A stretch of 64,000 bases of DNA from contig CAWDVE010000019.1 in the NCBI GenBank assembly GCA_963805625.1, forward strand, positions 64,001 through 128,000, written 5' to 3'. A model generated the notes under the pieces. The model searched no databases. It was not told the origin of the DNA and saw only the letters and a list, made by a program, of their open reading frames with translations. Shown here one piece after another: positions 9,577-17,167 of the stretch. How positions within the stretch are numbered: the stretch's first letter is position 1; each line of letters begins with the position of its first letter. The translations under genes were made by a program, and so were the position numbers. The DNA comes from an uncultured Candidatus Rokubacteria bacterium (GTDB lineage Bacteria; Methylomirabilota; Methylomirabilia; Rokubacteriales; DASRDR01).

Positions 9577-10302
9577 TTATTTGTACTTGTCGTGATAACG
9601 GACCCAATATTGTCCCCGGTTGCCCTCGTCGCGCCCTTTGGGAACCAGATCGAGAAGGTGATAGGTGCCGTTCAGGATATCGATGCCCCGCGCGTAGGTG
9701 GAGTAGGTATGATAGACGTCGCCGCGCCGGTCCTTATAGAACACGCTCGCTCCTTCGCGGTCCGTGAAGCCGGCGCTGGTTTTCTCATAGTTGAAGAACG
9801 CCGTCCCCTTCCGGTTTTCCTCCGGCGTGAACGACGCATAGAAGTCATAGTTGAAATCGCTGCCGCCCGAGGAGAGCCACTTGAACTTCCAGCCCATGCG
9901 TGTCTGGAACTTCTTGATCTTGGCGAAGGGGGCTCGGGAAATGGCCACCAAGGTCGTGTCACGATGATTCAGATGAACCTGCGCGCCGTCGTAGTGGTCG
10001 GCCCAGAACGAGCAGTGCGGGCAGCCGGCACTCCATTCCGGGGGGAACATGAAGTGGTACACGATCAGCTGGCTGCGTGTTCCGAAGAGCGCGGACAGCG
10101 TTTCTTTTCCGTTCGGCCCGTCGAAGACGTAGGCTTTGTCCACTTTCACCCAGGGGAGACTGCGCCGATCCCGGTTCAAGCGATCGCCCAGGCGGGTGTA
10201 CCGTTTCTCCCTGGCCAGGAGGGCCCTGCGGGCCGCGAGCCACTGCCGCTCCGAAACGACCTTGTGGTTGTGCACTTTTCCGTCGGCGTGGATCGTGGGC
10301 AT
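9577..10302 (-). CDS. DUF899 thioredoxin-like protein
   Basis: WLAARRALLAREK, LPWV, QLIVYHFMF, GCPHCSF, YHTYSTYARG, VRYHDKY. Confidence 0.92.
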   Translation of the reverse strand: MPTIHADGKVHNHKVVSERQWLAARRALLAREKRYTRLGDRLNRDRRSLPWVKVDKAYVFDGPNGKETLSALFGTRSQLIVYHFMFPPEWSAGCPHCSFWADHYDGAQVHLNHRDTTLVAISRAPFAKIKKFQTRMGWKFKWLSSGGSDFNYDFYASFTPEENRKGTAFFNYEKTSAGFTDREGASVFYKDRRGDVYHTYSTYARGIDILNGTYHLLDLVPKGRDEGNRGQYWVRYHDKYK

Positions 10303-10314
10303 GGCGAACTCCCT

Positions 10315-10863
10315 TTAGGCCGGCCGCTCGATGGCGCGGCTCAGGTCCAGTCTGAGTTTCTGTTCCCAAGAGGGGAACGTGATTGTGCCGCTGTCGCCTT
10401 CGGGCCCCTCGCGCTGTTGCTCCTCGGTGAACCGGACGTTGAAGTCGCTGCCGAGCGAGGACGCCCAGGGAAACGTCCACCCCATCCGCCGCTTGTACGC
10501 CTGCAGCTTCGCGAGCGGCGCCCGCGACACCGCCGAAAGCGTGACGTCGTGGTTGGCCAGGTGGACGACGAAACCGGCGAACCCGTCCGCGATCGCCGAG
10601 CAGGACGGACACCCCGCCGTGTAGTCGGGCCCGAACATGAAGTGGTAGACGAGGAGCTGCGAGCGCCCTCGGAAGAGGTCTGCCAGCGAGGCGCTCCCCT
10701 TGTCGGTCTCGAATCGATATGCCTTGTCGATCCGCACCCACGGCAGCGCCTGCCGCCGCCGCGCCAGCTCGTCACTGCGCCGCGTGAGCTCCTTCTCCGC
10801 CTCGAGCAGCTCGCGCCGCGCTGCGAGCCACTCTTTCCGTGTCCCGGTCAGGTGCTTCGTCAT
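10315..10863 (-). pseudogene. Second DUF899 paralog, C-terminally truncated
   Basis: ATG 10863; QLLVYHFMF...GCPSCS...WASSLGSDFN, then diverges and lacks the HTYSTYARG/RxHD C-terminal region. Confidence 0.75.
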
Positions 10864-11597
10864 CGCTCTTCTCTCCTTCGGGTGTCCTTCGTCGTTCGTG
10901 TCGACGGGGCCCGAGTAGACGCCGAAGACCGAGGTGCCCTGCGCCCCGAGGAGGGCTTGCGCACGGCGCGCACCGTGCCGCTGGTGCCCCCGCCGCAGTA
11001 GAAGACGCCGGCGCCGTCGGCCTCGAGGCCGGTCACGGCGACGCCGGCGGGCATCTCGAGTCGCTCGAGGACCTCGCCCGTCTCCGGATCGATGCGGCGG
11101 AGATCGCTCTGCTCGCCCTCCAGGGTGCCGTGCCAGAGCTCGCCGTTCACCCAGGAGACGCCGGTGACGAAGCGATCCGATTCGATCGTGCGCAGGATGG
11201 CGCCGGTCGCGGCGTCGATCTGGTGGATCTTGCGGGCGCGGTACTCGCCGACCCAGAGCGTCCCCTCGGCCCAGGTCAGGCCCGAGTCGCGGCCGTGGGC
11301 CGGCGCCGGGATGGTGGCCACGACCTGCCCCGAGCGCGGATCGACCTTCTGGATCCGGTCGGCGGCGAGCTGCCAGAGGTATTCGCCGTCGAAGGCGGTG
11401 CCGGCGTCGGCGGCGACGGCGAGCTCGCGGACCAGCGCGCCGCCGCCGGGATCGAGGGCGACGAGGCTCTCGCCGCGGGCGAACCAGACGTGGGCTCCGT
11501 CGACGGTCACGCCGTGGACGTGGTCGATGCCGGGATAGGGGCCGTACTCGCGGAGGATCTCCGCCTGCCGGACCTTGGTCGTGCGCGTCCTCGCCAT
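10860..11597 (-). CDS. Glutaminyl-peptide cyclotransferase-like beta-propeller protein
   Basis: Repeated blades (VHGVTVDG, AGTAFDG, SGLTWAEG, TGVSWVNG, TGLEADG). Confidence 0.8.
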   Translation of the reverse strand: MARTRTTKVRQAEILREYGPYPGIDHVHGVTVDGAHVWFARGESLVALDPGGGALVRELAVAADAGTAFDGEYLWQLAADRIQKVDPRSGQVVATIPAPAHGRDSGLTWAEGTLWVGEYRARKIHQIDAATGAILRTIESDRFVTGVSWVNGELWHGTLEGEQSDLRRIDPETGEVLERLEMPAGVAVTGLEADGAGVFYCGGGTSGTVRAVRKPSSGRRAPRSSASTRAPSTRTTKDTRRREER

Positions 11598-11606
11598 GAC
11601 CCGAGA

Positions 11607-12833
11607 CTACCCAACTGGCAGCGCGCCCGGGAGTAACAAGGTTGTCGCGAATCCGCCGAGCGGCGGCGCGAGCCAGCGGCGGGAGCGACCGCGGCCGACG
11701 GCGCGCACCGCCGCCGCGTCTTCGAGCGGGCGCAGCGCGCGCTGGACGGTGCGCTGGCTCGAGCCGAGCGCACACGCGAGCGCCGAGGTCGACCACGCCT
11801 CGCCGCCCTCGAGCAGGGCGAGGATGGCACCGGCAGGACCGTCGATCGGCGGCGCCAGCACGACGACGGCAGGGGCGCCGATGGGGACGAGCGCGAAGCC
11901 GCGCCGGGTCGCCTCGATGCGGGCAAGCGGGCGCAGGGCGGCGCGCAGGCGGCCGAGCTCGACGCGGAGCCGGGCGCGGTACGACTCGTCGGCGGCGCGC
12001 GTCTCGAAGGCGCGCTCGACGAGGCGATCGCGCGGCACGTCGGCCGGCCAGGCCTCGGCGAGCGCGCCGACGAGGGCGAACAGGACCGGGCGTCCGGCGA
12101 GCGGGACGGAGCGCGCCGGGCCGCGCACGGCGCGCCGGCAGGCGTCGACGACGAGGTCGCCGGACGCGAACAGGGCCTCGACCTCGTCGAGGCGGATCGG
12201 CCGGACCACGCCGCCGCGGATGAGGCGGGCCGACGGCGCCGATAGGGCGCGCCGGGCCCGGCCGATCTCGGCGACCAGGGCCGGGATGCCGGCGGCGAGG
12301 GCGGCGGCGTGGGCGCGGCTGAGCGCGGCGGCGGCGTCCGCGACGCGGACGCGGCGGAGCGCGAGCTCGGCGCGGGTGAGCTCGGCGCGGGCCGCGAGCG
12401 GCGGCGGCGCGCCGGCGGCGTCGACGTCGACCGCGGCGAGCGTCTGCTCGGCGGCCTCGAGCTCGCCGACGAGGAGCTGGCGGCGCGCCCCGACGAGGCG
12501 GGCGTGGAGCGCGTTGGCTCGATCACCGAGCGCGTCGAGCGCCTGGGCGGCGGCGTCGAGCGCGCGCACCGGACCGCTCAGATCGCGCGCCGCGAGCGCG
12601 ACCTCGGCCTCGGCGATCTGGCAGCGCGCCTGGGCGAGGCGCTCGCGGGTGCCGAAGCCGCGGGCGGCGCGCCGGAGGAGCTTGCGCGCCCGGTCGTAGT
12701 CGCCGAGCTGGGCCATGGCGATGCCGCGCAGGGCGAGGGCCGGCGGGTCGTCGCGCAGCGCGACGCGCTTCAGTGCGGCGAGCGGATCACCCGCCGCCAG
12801 CGCGCGCGCGGCCGAGGCGACGAGGGAGTCCAT
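11607..12833 (-). CDS. TPR-like / winged helix-turn-helix putative transcriptional regulator
   Basis: MDSL...AARALAAGDPL.ALKRVALRDDPPALALRG N-terminus, OmpR-like wHTH (RARLRVELGRLR), C-terminal HTH WSTSALA..LGSSQRTVQRAL. Confidence 0.8.
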   Translation of the reverse strand: MDSLVASAARALAAGDPLAALKRVALRDDPPALALRGIAMAQLGDYDRARKLLRRAARGFGTRERLAQARCQIAEAEVALAARDLSGPVRALDAAAQALDALGDRANALHARLVGARRQLLVGELEAAEQTLAAVDVDAAGAPPPLAARAELTRAELALRRVRVADAAAALSRAHAAALAAGIPALVAEIGRARRALSAPSARLIRGGVVRPIRLDEVEALFASGDLVVDACRRAVRGPARSVPLAGRPVLFALVGALAEAWPADVPRDRLVERAFETRAADESYRARLRVELGRLRAALRPLARIEATRRGFALVPIGAPAVVVLAPPIDGPAGAILALLEGGEAWSTSALACALGSSQRTVQRALRPLEDAAAVRAVGRGRSRRWLAPPLGGFATTLLLPGALPVG

Positions 12834-13095
12834 GTCGCCGAGGATACATGCCGATCCAGTGCGGCGCGCACCTCGATACGGATAAGGACACGCGTCGAGG
12901 CCCGAATTCAGGCCAAGCCCGCGCTGCGCCTGCGTGCGCCGCGGTCGGCGGGGCGGGCGCCAGCGTTGCGATGGCGAGCAGACACAACGTCTCGTTAGGA
13001 GAATCCATGTCCGAGGCTAGTCAACATAAAGTCCCTTCTTGGCCGTTTCCCCGTCCCCAAGGGGGGCCGCGCAAGCGCCGCCCGCGCGGACGCGC

Positions 13096-13527
13096 CTACC
13101 GCTGGCGCGCCTCGATCGTCCTGCGCAGCTCCTCTTCCTGCTTGCGCAGCTCGGGCGTGAACTCCTTGCCGAAGTCCTCGGCCTCGAACACCGGGCGGAC
13201 CTCGATGATGCTCTCCTCGCCGGGCATCGGGTCGGGGCACCGCTTCAGCCACTCCATCGCCTCCTCCAGCGACTTCACCTGCCAGAGCCAGAAGCCGGCG
13301 ATCAGCTCCTTCGTCTCCGCGAAGGGACCGTCGATCACGATCTTCTTCCCGCCGGTGAACTTCACGCGCTTGCCCCTCGAGCTGGGGTGGAGCCCCTCGC
13401 CCGCGAGCATCACGCCGGCCTTCACCAGCTCCTCGTTGTACTTCCCCATCGCGGTCAGGAGCTTCTCGTCCGGAAGGACGCCCGCCTCGGAGTTCTTCGT
13501 CGCCTTCACGATCACCATCACGCGCAT
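13096..13527 (-). CDS. YciI family (DGPF) protein
   Basis: IDGPFAETKELIAGFW, IEVRPV; RBS AAGGAG. Confidence 0.93.
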   Translation of the reverse strand: MRVMVIVKATKNSEAGVLPDEKLLTAMGKYNEELVKAGVMLAGEGLHPSSRGKRVKFTGGKKIVIDGPFAETKELIAGFWLWQVKSLEEAMEWLKRCPDPMPGEESIIEVRPVFEAEDFGKEFTPELRKQEEELRRTIEARQR

Positions 13528-13750
13528 CGTCGTCTCTCCTTCGGTGTGGCCGGTTCAACCCGGCCTACACTATCAAGTCGAATGAGCGACCGCGAGATCG
13601 ACATGGGCAGCGCATTCCCCGGCACGCTTCTAGCGCTCCGCGTGTCAGGCGGCGCATTTTTCTTTGAATTTCCTCGCGGATACGGAGAGTAGTCGACGTG
13701 AAGGCCCTTCTCGGTGCTCGCGCCCGCTACTCGTGCCGGCCAAATCAACG

Positions 13751-14074
13751 CTAGGGGCGGACCTCGACGTGGGTGACGAGGTTGCGTCCTCCGTCCACGT
13801 TGTAGCGCAGCATCACGGGGACGCCAGCCTGTAGGAGGTCCCAGCTCGGGACCACGGGGGGAGGGACGACATACTCCTGCCCGTTGTCGAGCCTGATGGT
13901 GCGTCCCTGCTGGTCCACGCGGCTGATCCGCCCCTCGACGACATCTCCCTGCACGACGCCCCGCATGGTGAGGCTCGGGGGGGCGGCCGAGGGCTGGGCG
14001 CTCGCGAGGCTGCCGGTGCCCGCTGCCAACAGCCCGCCCAGTATGACGAACGTCTCACGCACGCCAGATTTCAT
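13751..14074 (-). CDS. Small exported OB-fold-like protein (DUF1344-like)
   Basis: ATG 14074 after GGAGGG; signal peptide; EGRISRVD...TIRLDNGQEY...L.AG.PVMLRY..DGGRNLVT. Confidence 0.7.
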   Translation of the reverse strand: MKSGVRETFVILGGLLAAGTGSLASAQPSAAPPSLTMRGVVQGDVVEGRISRVDQQGRTIRLDNGQEYVVPPPVVPSWDLLQAGVPVMLRYNVDGGRNLVTHVEVRP

Positions 14075-14153
14075 GTCGAAGCCCTCCGAGCTTCCGTTCT
14101 GAGCAAGCCCTGTGCCGTTCGGAGACCGCAGCAGAACCCGATAGAGGCGACGA

Positions 14154-16817
14154 CTATCGGACGGGCGCGACCTCCGGCCGGACCTGCGCGGCAGCGCTCG
14201 AGAGCGCCTGCCGTAGCATCGACTTCGCGCGATCGATGGGAATGGCGAACCCGCCCCGCAACCTCTCGTCCATGACGTGGACGTCGGTGGTGGCGATGCC
14301 GACGACCTGGCCGCGCAGGTCGACCAGGGGACTCCCGACGGACTCCGCCGAGATCGGCGCGTCGATGGCCAGGTTGCCGCCCGTCGCGGAGCCAGTGGCG
14401 CGGATAGTGGCACGGGTAGTCGCCGGCAGCTGGGTTGCCGACCGCCAACCGACGATGATCGCAGGATCGCCAACTCGCAGCCCGCCCGACTGACCGAGCG
14501 GGAGCGCCGCCGGCAGGCCAGTCCCCTCGATCCTCAACACCGCCACACCGGCAAGCTGATCCCGCCATACCTGCTTCACGGGGAGGGTCCGGCCATCGGC
14601 GAGCGCAACCATCAGTATGCTCCCCTCGCGGATCAGGTGATCATGCGTGAGCACATAGCCTCGCCCATCGACCAGGAATCCGAGCCCCGCTTCCGGCGCG
14701 GGCCGTCCGGCCGTAGCCGCCTTTCGGCCATCCGGCGGCGCGAGCAGGATGCGGACGACCGCGGGGCCGACGCTGTCGATCCCCTGCAACGACGCCGTGG
14801 GCGACGGCCCAGGTCGTCTCGAGTCCGTGCCCACGCCCGACCGGCCAATGGCGGCGTCGCCCGGCCGCACTGAGGCGAGGGCAGCCCGCGGTCCACCGGG
14901 GGACCCCGGCGGAGGCGCGCCGCGGATTCCGAGGCTGCTGGGAGACTCCTGCAGCGAGGACTCGGGGACGGACGCGGACGGACGGGTTGCGACGACCGCC
15001 CCCTGTGCTGGTGGGGTTAGACGGGGGGCCGCGGATCCTGGCTCGTCGCTCGGCGTGCCTAGTGTGCTAGACGGGGCTGAGGGCGCGGGGGCCGCGGGCC
15101 CTTGCTTGTCGCTCGGCGTGCCGGATGCGCCGGACATGGGGGGCGCGGCGGGTCCTGCTTTGGCGCTGAACGTCCCGGATGGGGCGGCGGATGGGGGCGC
15201 GACCGCGGGCCCGTCGCTCGATGAAGGCATGCTCAACGGGCCGCGCGCGACGATGGGGGGCGATGCCGCGACGGCTGCCTTGTCGTTCGGAGCCGCGGGC
15301 GCGGGGTCGGCGGCCGAGCCATCGGGGACTCGCGGCTTCGGGGGTGGCACGGGCGGCGGGGGCAGCGCGACGATCACCGATCCCGGCGCAGGCCACGGTC
15401 TAGAGGGCAGAGGTGGCGGGGGATCGCCGGGGCTCGGAATGGGACGCGCCACGGGCGCCGCTCCAGGAGAAGGCGTCGATTCTGCGGTCTTCTCGCCTGG
15501 CGCCACGGGTGGCCTCTCGCTCGGGCGAGTGACGCCGCTCGACGCGCCTGACAACCCGGAGGCGGCTAACGGAGCGGCTCCGCCGGTGCCTCCGGCCGGG
15601 GCCTCCCGCAACGGTATCGGCGCGGATGGCTGTGTCTCCGGTCTTCGCGGTGTGGCGGTGCTCTCCCGATTGGCTGCGGCGGGCGGCGGGACGGTGCCGC
15701 TCGCGGGGCCGGACGGGCGCGACGGCGGAGGCGGCACCGGCTCCAGCCGCGCGATCTGGGACTCGGCAGTGCGCGGCGCCGGAGCGATCCGCGGAGCGTC
15801 GCGCTCGGGCCCGCGGCTCGGAGATGCGGGCGCCGTCTCCCGTTGGCCGCGTGGCGCCGGGGAGACCCGCTCCGCTCCATGCGATGGGCTCACGGGGCCC
15901 GCGGGAGGCACGGACTCAGGGGAAGCTGCCTGGGGGTCGTTCCCGGAAGGAACCTCATTGACCGCAGACGCCGTGTCAGTAGCCGGCGAGCGCTCGTCCG
16001 CGCCGGTACCCGGCGGGAGCTCAGCCAAGTCGGCGGCTGGCCCACGCTCGGTTGATGGCGTGGCCCGCGTCGGGTCCCCGGCGCGACTCTCGGTAGACGG
16101 GCGCGGGCTCACCGATGACCAGTCGCGGGGTGCGCCGGGTAGCGCCCCCGGGGCCCGTTGCGCCAAGCGATCCAGAGATCCCGTGGACTGGAGGAGTGAC
16201 CACGCGATCGGCAGCAGAACTATGCCCGCGACGGCGGCCGCGAGTGCAGAGCGTGCGAGCTGTGTGCGGCCGCGTCGCCCCTCGCATACGGGACACCGGA
16301 TGAACTCGGAAACCGTCGGCGCCACGCATGGCTTATCGTGACGCCAGCGGCTGCGACAGGCCGGGCACGCGTGTAGATGGCTCCCCCGGCTCGCCACCAC
16401 CGCCGATGGGTCGTCGGAGAGGGGCATGCACCACGGGCAACCAGCAATCGGCGCCAGGACACACCGACCCTTGTGGCTCCAAGTGGCGTCGCAGAAGCCG
16501 CAGCGGTGATCGTGGGGCCCGCGGAGAAGTAGCTCGTCCCGACCGGAGCACAGCGGGCACGCCGCCGCGTCGAGGGTGCCAGCATCTCCTCCCGCGGCGC
16601 TACCGAGTCGTTCATAGACGGCATCGACCGGCAACTTGCACCCTGGCGCCGTGGGGCCGGCGTGAAACCACCGGTGATGATTCTGGCAGCGATGCCGATG
16701 CCCTTCCTCGAGCCTCGCCGACTCCGCGCCCACGGTCTCTGGGTCGAGCCGGGCGCCCGCTGCCGCACGACGCGGTCCCGCGGGGGGGCTTGAACGCTCA
16801 CGGAGGCGAGGAGCCAT
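14154..16817 (-). CDS. Membrane protein: three His/Cys repeats + TM + Pro-rich linker + trypsin-like (HtrA/S1C) domain with degenerate active site
   Basis: N-terminal HxHxC...WxH...C...CPxC x3; TM at ~aa190-208; GLGFLVDGRGYVLTHDH, LPLGQSGGLRVGD, GSPLVDLRGQVVGI, GFAIP. Confidence 0.8.
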   Translation of the reverse strand: MAPRLRERSSPPAGPRRAAAGARLDPETVGAESARLEEGHRHRCQNHHRWFHAGPTAPGCKLPVDAVYERLGSAAGGDAGTLDAAACPLCSGRDELLLRGPHDHRCGFCDATWSHKGRCVLAPIAGCPWCMPLSDDPSAVVASRGSHLHACPACRSRWRHDKPCVAPTVSEFIRCPVCEGRRGRTQLARSALAAAVAGIVLLPIAWSLLQSTGSLDRLAQRAPGALPGAPRDWSSVSPRPSTESRAGDPTRATPSTERGPAADLAELPPGTGADERSPATDTASAVNEVPSGNDPQAASPESVPPAGPVSPSHGAERVSPAPRGQRETAPASPSRGPERDAPRIAPAPRTAESQIARLEPVPPPPSRPSGPASGTVPPPAAANRESTATPRRPETQPSAPIPLREAPAGGTGGAAPLAASGLSGASSGVTRPSERPPVAPGEKTAESTPSPGAAPVARPIPSPGDPPPPLPSRPWPAPGSVIVALPPPPVPPPKPRVPDGSAADPAPAAPNDKAAVAASPPIVARGPLSMPSSSDGPAVAPPSAAPSGTFSAKAGPAAPPMSGASGTPSDKQGPAAPAPSAPSSTLGTPSDEPGSAAPRLTPPAQGAVVATRPSASVPESSLQESPSSLGIRGAPPPGSPGGPRAALASVRPGDAAIGRSGVGTDSRRPGPSPTASLQGIDSVGPAVVRILLAPPDGRKAATAGRPAPEAGLGFLVDGRGYVLTHDHLIREGSILMVALADGRTLPVKQVWRDQLAGVAVLRIEGTGLPAALPLGQSGGLRVGDPAIIVGWRSATQLPATTRATIRATGSATGGNLAIDAPISAESVGSPLVDLRGQVVGIATTDVHVMDERLRGGFAIPIDRAKSMLRQALSSAAAQVRPEVAPVR

Positions 16818-17167
16818 GGGTGATGGAGGCGTTCAATTGCTGTGCCGATGGCCGAGGTCGGATTCAGGGGCCGTTCGGCGGGGAGGCATCGGCCGTGAGA
16901 GCAGGCGCCACGCCTAGGGACGTCATGATGTCGTTGGAACGACAACTCGTCACCGCGGCCGCCGTTAGCAAAGCGTCCGACCACGGGCGTGCGCCGGTCC
17001 TTCCCCGACCCGGCGCCATGGCAGCCCGATCGAGCGCGTAGCCGCGGCAGTGGTACCCGGGTTGCAAAGATGGTCCCGTATTGTCGGACACGACCCAAAT
17101 GCGTCACGTGGCTCGACCCCGCCCCAGTGCTGATCGGATCACCGCGTGCGCGCTTCGGAGGCCCGGC

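Noticed and set aside
16284-16700. Multiheme cytochrome c
   Set aside because: CxxC motifs are not followed by His, and the region is predicted to be cytoplasmic.
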